Positions 28,261-35,977 of a stretch of DNA of 35,977 bases are shown piece by piece. The notes under the pieces were generated by a model. That model searched no databases and had not been told where the DNA came from. It saw only the letters and a list, made by a program, of their open reading frames with translations. The DNA lies in assembly GCA_030833305.1 (NCBI GenBank), contig JAURHL010000001.1, positions 1 to 35,977 on the forward strand. The letters are read 5' to 3'. A program made the position numbers and the translations under genes. Each line of letters begins with the position of its first letter. The first letter of the stretch is position 1. This stretch comes from Acidimicrobiales bacterium (GTDB taxonomy: Bacteria > Actinomycetota > Acidimicrobiia > Acidimicrobiales > Ilumatobacteraceae).

Positions 28261-29003
28261 GCATCGATCTGCACGTCGATGGCGCCGTGGCCGTCATCAC
28301 CATGAATCGTCCCGAGCGCAAGAATGCCTTCACCCGTGAGCAATACGACGCGCTCGGTTCCACGTTGGCGCGTATCGACGCGGACGACGACCTGCGGGTG
28401 GCCGTGCTCACCGGAGCCGGCGCCGCGTTCAGTTCGGGCCAGGACCTGAAAGAGATGGCCGAGATGGCCACGGCGGTCGCCAGCGGAGACACGAACGCGG
28501 GCGGATCGACGGGCGCCGGTGGGTTCACCGTGTTGCTCGACGCCCTCGAGTCGTTCGGCAAGCCGCTCATCGCCGCGGTCAACGGTGTCGCCGTGGGCAT
28601 CGGCATGACCATGTTGCCTTTTTGCGACATCGTGTTGATGGCGCGATCGGCGCGCATGCGCGTTCCGTTCAGCGAACTCGGAGTGCCGCCCGAGGCGGCC
28701 AGCAGCGTGTTGTTCGCCGACCGCGTGGGTTGGCAACGAGCGGCCGAGTTGCTGCTCACCTCGCGATGGATCGACGCCGACGAGGCGGTGACCATCGGCA
28801 TGGCTCTGCGCGTCGAGGACGATGAGTCGTTGATGGATGCCTCCTTGACCTTGGCTCACGAGATCGCCTCGAAATCGGCGTACTCCACTCGCGTGATCAA
28901 GCAGTTGATGGTCGCCGGTCGGGGCGATCGCACCCGCGACGCGCGCGCCCGGGAAGAAGCCTTGTTCAAGGCTCTTTTCCAGGGTGGGGGCTTCGGCGGC
29001 TGA
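28257..29003 (+). CDS. enoyl-CoA hydratase/isomerase (crotonase) family protein
   Basis: VITMNRPERKNAF, TGAGAAFSSGQDL and AAVNGVAVGIGMTM motifs. ATGA overlap with the SDR stop. Confidence 0.9.
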   Translation: MSIDLHVDGAVAVITMNRPERKNAFTREQYDALGSTLARIDADDDLRVAVLTGAGAAFSSGQDLKEMAEMATAVASGDTNAGGSTGAGGFTVLLDALESFGKPLIAAVNGVAVGIGMTMLPFCDIVLMARSARMRVPFSELGVPPEAASSVLFADRVGWQRAAELLLTSRWIDADEAVTIGMALRVEDDESLMDASLTLAHEIASKSAYSTRVIKQLMVAGRGDRTRDARAREEALFKALFQGGGFGG

Positions 29004-29039
29004 GCAGGACCCGCGGAACCCGCCGGTAGCGTTCCGGTC

Positions 29040-29657
29040 ATGTCCGCGAACCTCGAATCCGCGAGCGAACCGTCCACGTCGACCGAACGCATCGTCGACC
29101 ACGAGCGCGCCGAGCGCGCCGTGCGCGATTTGTTGGAGGCCATCGGCGAGGATCCCACCCGCGAGGGATTGCTCGACACACCCGGACGCGTCGCACGCAT
29201 GTGGGCCGAGGTTCTGAGCGGCACCAACAACGATCCCGACCACCATCTCACCCGCACCTTCGAGATCGAGCACGACGAGATGGTGCTGGTGCGCGACATT
29301 CCGTTCACGTCGGTGTGCGAGCACCACATGCTCCCCTTCAGTGGCACCGCCCACATCGCCTACCTTCCGGGCACGACGGGGCGCTTCACCGGCTTGTCCA
29401 AATTGGCCCGACTCGTCGAGGGTTACTCGCGTCGACTGCAGGTGCAGGAGCGACTCACCAGCCAGTTGGCCGACGCCATGCAGAGCATGCTCGACCCGGT
29501 CGGTGTGCTGGTGGTGGTGGAGGCCGAGCACAGCTGCATGTCGATCCGCGGTGTGCGCAAGCCGGGCGCCAAGACCGTCACCACGGCCGTGCGTGGCATC
29601 TACCGCACCGACTCGTCGGCGCGGGCCGAGGTGATGGCGTTCATCCAAGGACACTGA
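29040..29657 (+). CDS. folE: GTP cyclohydrolase I
   Basis: [28 protein letters not shown] and [12 protein letters not shown] motifs. Confidence 0.95.
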   Translation: MSANLESASEPSTSTERIVDHERAERAVRDLLEAIGEDPTREGLLDTPGRVARMWAEVLSGTNNDPDHHLTRTFEIEHDEMVLVRDIPFTSVCEHHMLPFSGTAHIAYLPGTTGRFTGLSKLARLVEGYSRRLQVQERLTSQLADAMQSMLDPVGVLVVVEAEHSCMSIRGVRKPGAKTVTTAVRGIYRTDSSARAEVMAFIQGH

Positions 29658-29663
29658 GCCCTC

Positions 29664-30200
29664 GTGGGTTTCCCTCATCCCACCATCGACGTGCCCGGTA
29701 ACTGGCCCCTCGTTCGCGCGGAAGTCGAAAATGCGGTCCACCGCGACACCCTCAGTGACGAGTTGTCCCGCGGTTTGAACGGCGACGAGTCCATCGTTTC
29801 CGGACATGTGTGCGCCACCACATGGATCCTCTGTCCCGACGCCACCCACACCCTGCTCGTGAAGCACCCGTCTCTCGGTTGGTCGACACCGGGCGGGCAC
29901 GTGGAACGGGACGAGTCCACGCGCGACGCCGGCTTGCGTGAGTTGGAGGAGGAGACCGGCCTCACCCGATACGACGTGCGCGCGGTGTCGGACGCGCCGA
30001 CTTTCGTGCACGTCACCGACCGTGGCGGTGAACGACCTCATCGACACTGGAACGTGGCGTGGCTCTACGTGGCCGACATGGACGCACCGCTGAGCCCGAT
30101 CGAGGGCGCGCGTTGGTGGCCGGTCGATGCGCTGCCCGAGGGCCCCGCGGACCTGCGGTCGAAGACTCCCGAACTGGTGACCCTGCTCGCGGGTTCGTGA
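29664..30200 (+). CDS. NUDIX hydrolase
   Basis: Canonical Nudix box GGHVERDESTRDAGLRELEEETGL. GTG start lies 6 nt after the folE stop. Confidence 0.85.
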   Translation: MGFPHPTIDVPGNWPLVRAEVENAVHRDTLSDELSRGLNGDESIVSGHVCATTWILCPDATHTLLVKHPSLGWSTPGGHVERDESTRDAGLRELEEETGLTRYDVRAVSDAPTFVHVTDRGGERPHRHWNVAWLYVADMDAPLSPIEGARWWPVDALPEGPADLRSKTPELVTLLAGS

Positions 30201-30204
30201 ACCG

Positions 30205-31938
30205 TCAGGCGCGCACGAGGCGACCGGGGCGGGCGCCGGTGTCGGCGCCGTTGCGGCGGGTCACCACACCGTTCACGATGGTGGCCACGTAGCCGGTGGC
30301 CGTCTGCAGCAAACGGGTGCCACCCGCGGGCAGGTCGTCCTCGGCGTGCGGGAAGCCCAGCGTCAAGGCGTCCATGTCGATGATGTTGATGTCGGCCTTC
30401 TTGCCCTCGGCCAGAACACCGCGATCGTGGAAGCCCACCACGTTGGCCGTGTCGTGCGTCTGCACCTTCACCGCCTGCTCGAGCGTGAGCTTGGGCCCGC
30501 GACGACGATCGCGGGCCCAGTGCGTCAGCACGTAGGTGGGGATCGACGCGTCGCAGATCATGCGCACGTGAGCGCCACCGTCGGACAAGCCCGACACCGT
30601 CGCCGGGTGTTGCAACATCTCGTAGATGGCGTCCTGCGAACCACCCACGTAGTTGAAGAACGGCAACATCAGGAACGCTCGACCGTCGTCCTCGTTCAAG
30701 AGGTCGTAGGCGAACGACAACGAGTCCTGACCGTTGGCCTTGGCCATGTTGGACACCAGCAATTCCGGCCCGGGCTCGTAATCGGGCGGGGTGCCCATGG
30801 CGTACATCTTGTCCACCGACATCTGCATGAACGCCCCGATACCGTCGAACTGCTTGGTCGGATCGGCCGGCGCGTCGGTCTCGGCGAGAATACGGGCCTT
30901 CACGTCGCCCCGTCGCAGTTCGGCACGAAGTTCGGGCATCGACAACTTCGATGCCAGGTCCATGAACGTGGGGCGCTTGGAGAAGAAGTGATAACCGTCC
31001 CAACCGATCATCATGCCGAAGGGACGCGCGGCGATCTGCGGGTGCATGCGACCACCCTCGTCGTTGACGCGGTCGACCACGTCGAGGGCCTCGCGCCACG
31101 AATCGGCGTTCAATTCGTTCTGCAACATCGCGAAGGTCACCGGCAATCCGCTGCGCTCGGCCAAACCGGCCATCCAGTCCACCTCACCGAGAAAGACCGG
31201 ACGATCGAACTCCAGGCCCTGCGGGGCCACCTCGAACAATCCACCACCGGCGGCCACCAACGCGTCGGCCATGCCTTGTAGTTCGTCGAGGGCCGCGAAG
31301 GTGCCGGGCACCGGCTCTCCGTCGCGCGCCTTGTGGTTGAGCGTGCGACTGGTGGAAAAACCCACCGCACCCGCTTCGCGCGCCTCGCGCACGATGCGAC
31401 CCATGGCCTCGATGTCGTCGGGAGTGGCGGCCTCGTTGCGCGCGCCACGATCACCCATGACGTAGGCCCGCACCGACGCGTGCGGAACGTACGCGGCCAC
31501 GTCCATGCTGTAGTGACGCGACGCCACGGCATCCAGATATTCGGGGAAGGTCTCCCACGACCACGTGATGCCCTCGTGCAACGCGGTGCCGGGAATGTCT
31601 TCGACACCCTCCATCAATTGCACCAGCCACTCCTCGCGACCCGGACGCACGGGCGCGAAACCGACGCCACAATTGCCCATCACGATGGTGGTGACGCCGT
31701 GACCCGACGTGGGTTCGAGGAGGTCGTCCCACGAGACCTGCCCGTCATAGTGCGTGTGGATGTCGACGAACCCGGGGGTGACGACGCGACCCGTGGCGTC
31801 GATGACCTCGGCCGCCGCCTCGTCGATGGTCGGTGCGATGCGCGCGATGCGACCGCCTCGAACGGCGATGTCGCCCCGGAACCGGGCCGCCCCCGTGCCG
31901 TCGACGATGGTTCCCCCACGAATGATCAGATCGAACAT
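30205..31938 (-). CDS. N-acyl-D-amino-acid deacylase family amidohydrolase
   Basis: [14 protein letters not shown]...[13 protein letters not shown] metal-binding HxH start. Length (577 aa) and C-terminal segments are typical of D-aminoacylases. Confidence 0.82.
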   Translation of the reverse strand: MFDLIIRGGTIVDGTGAARFRGDIAVRGGRIARIAPTIDEAAAEVIDATGRVVTPGFVDIHTHYDGQVSWDDLLEPTSGHGVTTIVMGNCGVGFAPVRPGREEWLVQLMEGVEDIPGTALHEGITWSWETFPEYLDAVASRHYSMDVAAYVPHASVRAYVMGDRGARNEAATPDDIEAMGRIVREAREAGAVGFSTSRTLNHKARDGEPVPGTFAALDELQGMADALVAAGGGLFEVAPQGLEFDRPVFLGEVDWMAGLAERSGLPVTFAMLQNELNADSWREALDVVDRVNDEGGRMHPQIAARPFGMMIGWDGYHFFSKRPTFMDLASKLSMPELRAELRRGDVKARILAETDAPADPTKQFDGIGAFMQMSVDKMYAMGTPPDYEPGPELLVSNMAKANGQDSLSFAYDLLNEDDGRAFLMLPFFNYVGGSQDAIYEMLQHPATVSGLSDGGAHVRMICDASIPTYVLTHWARDRRRGPKLTLEQAVKVQTHDTANVVGFHDRGVLAEGKKADINIIDMDALTLGFPHAEDDLPAGGTRLLQTATGYVATIVNGVVTRRNGADTGARPGRLVRA

Positions 31939-31991
31939 GTCTTCCCCCTCGACTCAGAGATTACAACTCGCACCCCTCTAGCCTGTCGTCG

Positions 31992-32918
31992 ATGAGTTCT
32001 CTTCCCCCGGACCTCGACTCAGTGGAAGCCGTCGACGCGGCCCTCGGTCGTCTCGGTTATCTGGCTGATCGTGGGCTCGCCACGTCGGTTTTCCTGGCCC
32101 TCACCTTGCAGCGCCCGTTGTTGCTCGAGGGCGAGGCCGGCGTGGGCAAGACCGAGCTGGCCAAGGTGCTCGCCCGGCTGACCGGTGGCGAACTGATTCG
32201 CCTGCAGTGCTACGAGGGGATCGACGCCACGCAAGCCGTGTACGACTGGGACTATTCACGTCAGTTGTTGCACTTGCGTGCCGCCGAAGCCAGCGGTGAG
32301 GCCGCCGGCCTGGGCGCCGACGCTCTGGAGAACCAGCTGTACCAGGAACGCTTCTTGTTGCGTCGCGCCGTGTTGCGCGCACTTTCCCCGGCTGAGAATC
32401 CGCCGGTGTTGTTGATCGACGAGATCGACCGCGCCGACGACGAGTTCGAGGCGTATCTGCTCGAGGTCCTGTCGGATTTCCAGGTGACCATTCCCGAGCT
32501 CGGAACGTTCACCGCGCCGCGACCACCCATCGTGATCCTCACGTCGAATCGTACGCGCGACGTTCACGACGCTCTCAAGCGTCGCTGCCTCTACCACTGG
32601 GTGGAGCATCCCTCGTTCGAACGCGAGGTGGCCATCGTCTCCCTGCGGGTTCCCGACGTGAACGGAAACCTGGCCCGTCAAGTGGCCGCCGCCACCGAGA
32701 CCCTGCGCGCGATGCAGTTGTACAAACCGCCGGGCGTCGCCGAGACCATCGACTGGGCCACCGCTCTCGGTCGCCTCGGTGTGACCACCCTCGACGAGGA
32801 CAGCGTGCGCTCCACCCTGGGAACCGTGCTCAAGTACCGCGAGGATCAGGAACGTGTCGAGGCCGCCGACATGGCCGAGATCGTGAGGTCGGCGGTGCGA
32901 CGCGCGCTCGTCGCCTGA
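31992..32918 (+). CDS. MoxR-family AAA+ ATPase (CoxD-like)
   Basis: Walker A LLEGEAGVGKT and Walker B VLLIDEIDRADDE. About 300 aa, immediately followed by a VWA/CoxE-like gene. Confidence 0.9.
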   Translation: MSSLPPDLDSVEAVDAALGRLGYLADRGLATSVFLALTLQRPLLLEGEAGVGKTELAKVLARLTGGELIRLQCYEGIDATQAVYDWDYSRQLLHLRAAEASGEAAGLGADALENQLYQERFLLRRAVLRALSPAENPPVLLIDEIDRADDEFEAYLLEVLSDFQVTIPELGTFTAPRPPIVILTSNRTRDVHDALKRRCLYHWVEHPSFEREVAIVSLRVPDVNGNLARQVAAATETLRAMQLYKPPGVAETIDWATALGRLGVTTLDEDSVRSTLGTVLKYREDQERVEAADMAEIVRSAVRRALVA

Positions 32919-32919
32919 C

Positions 32920-34059
32920 ATGAACGCTCCCGCCGTGAACGAAGCGGTCGTCTCGCCCGCCGAGCGCATGGCGGTGGCATTCACCCGCGTGTTGCGCGGG
33001 GCCGGAATCACCACCCCCATCGGGAACGTCATCACCTTCACCGAGTCGATCGCTCGTCTCGGACTCGATCGGCGCGACGACGTGTACTGGGCCGGTCGCG
33101 CGACGCTGATTCGTCGCCCCGAGGACATCGCGTTGTTCGATCGGGCGTTCGAGGTGTTCTGGAACTCCCGTCGCGCCGGATCCGACGACGTCGAAGCGGA
33201 GACCTTCCATCTCACCATCAACATGGACGCCGAGGACGGCTCGATGGATGACGGCCAGGCGAACGTCGACGACGAAGACGACGGTTCGATCACCCTGCGC
33301 TTTTCCACCATCGAAACGCTGCGCACCAAGGACTTCGCCGCTTACTCCCCCGAGGAACTGCACTTGGCCCAGGATCTGATGTCGAAGCTCCGTCTCGTCG
33401 GCACCCCGCGTTCCTCGTTCCGCATGACGCCCGGATCGCGTCGCGGTCGACCCGACCTGCGGCGCACCGTGCGCTCAAGCTTGCGCACCGCCGGTGAGCC
33501 CGTCACCCGACACCATCTGGAGAACGACCAGCGACTGCGACGACTCGTTCTGTTGCTCGACATATCGGGGTCCATGGAGCCGTACGCGCGCGCGTTGTTG
33601 CGCTTCGTGCAAGCGGCGGTGGCCGGTCGTCAGAAGGTGGAGGCGTTCGCCATCGGCACCCGTCTCACGCGCGTCACGCGCGAGTTGGGGTCCCGCGATC
33701 CCGACAAGGCTCTGCGCTTGGCGTCGGGGCGCGTGCAGGACTGGAGCGGTGGCACCCGTCTGGGCGAGTGTCTGCGATATTTCAACGACGAATGGGGCGT
33801 ACGCGGCATGGCCCGTGGCGCCATCGTGGTGGTGCTCAGCGACGGCTGGGACCGGGGTGAACCCGAACTGCTGGCCGAACAGATGCGACGTCTGCAGCGG
33901 GTCAGTTTCCGCACGATCTGGGTGAACCCGTTGAAGGTGACCCCGGGCTACGCACCGTTGGCGCGCGGGATGGCGGCGGCGATGCCGTACGTCGACCGCT
34001 TCGTGGAGGGACATTCCGTCGAGGCCATGGAGCGCCTCGCCCACGAGATCGGCTCGTGA
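32920..34059 (+). CDS. VWA domain-containing CoxE-like protein
   Basis: MIDAS motif LLLDISGSME, later VVLSDGWDRG and WVNPL, typical of the CoxE family. Starts 1 nt after the MoxR stop. Confidence 0.85.
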   Translation: MNAPAVNEAVVSPAERMAVAFTRVLRGAGITTPIGNVITFTESIARLGLDRRDDVYWAGRATLIRRPEDIALFDRAFEVFWNSRRAGSDDVEAETFHLTINMDAEDGSMDDGQANVDDEDDGSITLRFSTIETLRTKDFAAYSPEELHLAQDLMSKLRLVGTPRSSFRMTPGSRRGRPDLRRTVRSSLRTAGEPVTRHHLENDQRLRRLVLLLDISGSMEPYARALLRFVQAAVAGRQKVEAFAIGTRLTRVTRELGSRDPDKALRLASGRVQDWSGGTRLGECLRYFNDEWGVRGMARGAIVVVLSDGWDRGEPELLAEQMRRLQRVSFRTIWVNPLKVTPGYAPLARGMAAAMPYVDRFVEGHSVEAMERLAHEIGS

Positions 34060-34099
34060 GGGGTGCCGCCCACGGGCGGTTCACGGCAGACTGTCTCCC

Positions 34100-34419
34100 A
34101 TGCGCGAGATCCTCGACGACATCGACCGCTGGCGAACCGCCGGCAAGCAGGTGGCCGTCGCCCGCGTCATCAACATCGAAGGCTCCGGGCCCCGTGATCC
34201 CGGTGCGGCCATGGCGGTCAACGAGGACGGCGAGGTCGCCGGTTCCGTCTCGGGCGGCTGTGCGTCGAAGGCGCCGTCGTCAGCGAGGCCCTCGCAATCA
34301 TCCACGACGGTGGTCCCGGCAAGATGGTGGCCTTCGGCTACTCCGACGACGAGGCCTTCGCCGTGGGACTCACCTGCGGTGGCATCATCCGGCTCTACAT
34401 CGAACGACTCGACTGGTAA
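34100..34419 (+). pseudogene. XdhC/CoxI N-terminal-domain protein interrupted by a 2-nt (TG) frameshift at 34259-34262
   Basis: Frame A reads MREILDDIDRWRTAGKQVAVARVINIEGSGPRDPGAAMAVNEDGEVAGSVSGGC, then turns to low-complexity ASKAPSSARPS. Starting at 34261, a different frame reads CVEGAVVSEALAIIHDGGPGKMVAFGYSDDEAFAVGLTCGGIIRLYIERLDW and stops at 34417-34419. That completes the canonical SGGCVEGAV...GLxCGG XdhC_CoxI domain. Confidence 0.7.
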
Positions 34420-34421
34420 CC

Positions 34422-35234
34422 GTGTCGCTGTACGAGCAGTTCCGCGCGCACGTTCGGGCGCAGACACCGGTGGCCCTGGCCACCATCGTCGAAGGTCCCG
34501 GCGTGGGCGCGAAGTTGATGGTCACGCGAATCGACGGCGCCGAGGTGGTGTCCGGATCGCTCGGTCATCCGGACCTCGATCGCGTGGTGGCCCGCGACAC
34601 CGCCGGCGAACTGGAGGCCGGTCGCACCGGTGTGCGCCACTACGGACCCGAGGGACAGGCCACCCCCGAGGATCTGGTGGACACTCCCACGGTCGTGGTG
34701 TTCATCGAGAGTTTCTCGCCGCCGCCGCAGATGTGGATCTTCGGAGCGGTGGACTTCACCGCCGCTCTCGGTCGGGTGGCCAAGGTTCTCGGATACCGCG
34801 TGACCGTGTGCGACGCCCGCGAGATCTTCGCCACCAAGCGGCGCTTCCCCATGGCCGACGAGGTGATGGTCACGTGGCCCACGCCGATGTTCGAGTCTCG
34901 GGGCCACACTCTCGGACCCCGCGACGCGGTGTGCATCCTCACGCACGATCCGAAGTTCGACGTGCCCGCCGTGCAGGGAGCACTGGCCACCAACGTGGGC
35001 TACATCGGCGTCATGGGTAGTCGCAAGACCCACGCCAAGCGACTCGAACGACTCGCCGAGGTGGGTGTGTCGTCACCCGAGCAGTTGTCACGGTTGATGT
35101 CGCCCATCGGTCTCGACCTCGGCGGTCGTACCCCCGAGGAAACCGCCATCGCCATCTGCGCCGAGATCATCGCCCGTCGAACCGGCCACACCGCGACCAG
35201 CCTGAAACTGACGAGCGGCTCCATCCACTCCTGA
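34422..35234 (+). CDS. XdhC-family molybdenum-cofactor insertion chaperone (CoxF-like)
   Basis: Contains an XdhC_CoxI segment (VALATIVEGPGVGAKLMV) and a Rossmann-like XdhC_C segment (MWIFGAVDFTAALGRVAKVLGYRVTVCDAR, YIGVMGSRKT, SPIGLDLGGRTPEE). GTG start lies 2 nt after the preceding TAA. Confidence 0.85.
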   Translation: MSLYEQFRAHVRAQTPVALATIVEGPGVGAKLMVTRIDGAEVVSGSLGHPDLDRVVARDTAGELEAGRTGVRHYGPEGQATPEDLVDTPTVVVFIESFSPPPQMWIFGAVDFTAALGRVAKVLGYRVTVCDAREIFATKRRFPMADEVMVTWPTPMFESRGHTLGPRDAVCILTHDPKFDVPAVQGALATNVGYIGVMGSRKTHAKRLERLAEVGVSSPEQLSRLMSPIGLDLGGRTPEETAIAICAEIIARRTGHTATSLKLTSGSIHS

Positions 35235-35257
35235 CCCGCTGACGCGATCGCCGCGCG

Positions 35258-35977
35258 TCAGACGTCGAGCACGACCAGATCGTGGTTCGCGTGGTTCATG
35301 GGGTCGGGACCGTCCGTGGTGGCCACCACGATGTCCTCGAGACGCATCCCCCACTTGCCGGCGACGTAGATGCCCGGCTCCACGCTGAACGCGTGACCGG
35401 CCTCGAGCGGCAACGTGTTGCCGCTCACCATGTACGGATCCTCGTGCGCGTCCATTCCGATGCCGTGACCGGTGCGATGGATGAAGTACTCGCCGAAGCC
35501 GGCCGCATCGATGACGTCACGTGCGGCCCGATCCACGTCCTCGCACGGCGTGCCCACGGTGGCGGCGCGCACACCGGCGGCCTCGGCCTCTTTCAACACC
35601 GCGTACGCCTCGGCGATGTCGCCGGGCACCGGACCGAGATGAACGCAACGCGTGATGTCGCTGCAGTAGCCGTTCATGGTGCCGCCGAAATCGCACAGCA
35701 CGATCTCGCCCCGTTCGATCACGCGCGACCCGGGGTGATGATGGGGACTGGCGGCGTTCTCGCCGGCGGCGACGATGGCGAAGTTCACCACGTCGTGTCC
35801 CTCGGCCAACAATCGCGCCGAGATGTCGGCCGACACCTGGGCTTCGGTGCGACCGACCAGGTCGATCTCACCGGCGTGCAACTGTGCCGCGACCCGATCG
35901 GCGGCAGCACCGGCGGCCTTCAGCGCGGCGATCTCGGCGGCGTCCTTGCGCATGCGAATAGGGCCCAACACGTCGAC
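35258..35977 (-). CDS. M24-family metallopeptidase (Xaa-Pro aminopeptidase/dipeptidase), C-terminal part. The gene continues past the window end.
   Basis: Pita-bread metal ligands are present: CDFGG, YCSDITR, HRTGHGIGMDAHE, FSVEPGIY and RLED. The frame is open to position 35977. Confidence 0.85.
   Translation of the reverse strand, partial: VDVLGPIRMRKDAAEIAALKAAGAAADRVAAQLHAGEIDLVGRTEAQVSADISARLLAEGHDVVNFAIVAAGENAASPHHHPGSRVIERGEIVLCDFGGTMNGYCSDITRCVHLGPVPGDIAEAYAVLKEAEAAGVRAATVGTPCEDVDRAARDVIDAAGFGEYFIHRTGHGIGMDAHEDPYMVSGNTLPLEAGHAFSVEPGIYVAGKWGMRLEDIVVATTDGPDPMNHANHDLVVLDV

Noticed and set aside
29004-29039. Possible THF or other riboswitch upstream of folE
   Set aside because: The 36-nt gap holds only a weak GGAAC/GTTCC stem. 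It is too short and lacks any conserved aptamer core I recognise.
26656-30047. Two long minus-strand ORFs (26656..28254, 532 aa; 28215..30047, 610 aa)
   Set aside because: They are antisense to the ACAD, SDR, crotonase, folE and Nudix genes. Composition is dominated by Gly/Arg/His/Val, as in other shadow frames.
34253-34264. Programmed -1 ribosomal frameshift in the small XdhC gene
   Set aside because: There is no slippery X XXY YYZ heptamer and no obvious downstream stimulatory structure. A TG dinucleotide duplication or a sequencing error is the simpler explanation.
34420-35020. Continuation of the 34100..35020 ORF (306 aa)
   Set aside because: It is out-of-frame read-through caused by the TG frameshift. 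It overlaps the genuine XdhC gene (34422..35234) and encodes Arg/Ser/Pro-rich nonsense.

Overview
GC-rich, very gene-dense chromosomal segment with about 35 genes and almost no non-coding DNA. It looks like an Actinomycetota-type organism: mycobacterial-type SerC, a PAC2-family protein, a mycothiol-type DinB-fold enzyme, inositol-3-phosphate synthase, LAACGGDD lipoboxes, and several leaderless-looking starts. Content is mostly core metabolism. From left to right: (1) A minus-strand string behind a cobalamin riboswitch: BtuF/C/D-like ABC importer, a DinB/maleylpyruvate-isomerase-family protein and a CopC-CopD fusion. (2) Back-to-back aspartate aminotransferase and phosphoserine aminotransferase, then PAC2. 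(3) metY and ilvBNC, the latter with a recognisable branched-chain leader peptide and attenuator, then folD. (4) ino1, a YdeP-type molybdoenzyme and a DUF3054 protein. (5) ilvD divergent from an Fe(III) ABC importer, separated by two tandem IdeR/DtxR-like boxes. (6) A divergent acyl-CoA dehydrogenase / SDR / enoyl-CoA hydratase cluster. (7) folE plus a Nudix hydrolase. (8) A D-aminoacylase-family amidohydrolase. (9) A MoxR (CoxD-like), VWA (CoxE-like) and two XdhC-family genes, the first carrying a 2-nt frameshift. (10) A partial M24 peptidase. I see no rRNA, tRNA, CRISPR, transposase, integrase or obvious defence island. The many long ORFs on opposite strands are shadow frames typical of high-GC DNA. 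I did not find a clearly novel multi-gene system. The best candidates for unexplained biology are the extended B12-riboswitch operon (DinB + CopCD passengers), the orphan CoxD/E/XdhC maturation cassette with no cognate Mo-hydroxylase in view, and the ino1-ydeP-DUF3054 coupling. The strongest sequence-level signals are regulatory RNAs and operators in the few intergenic gaps.
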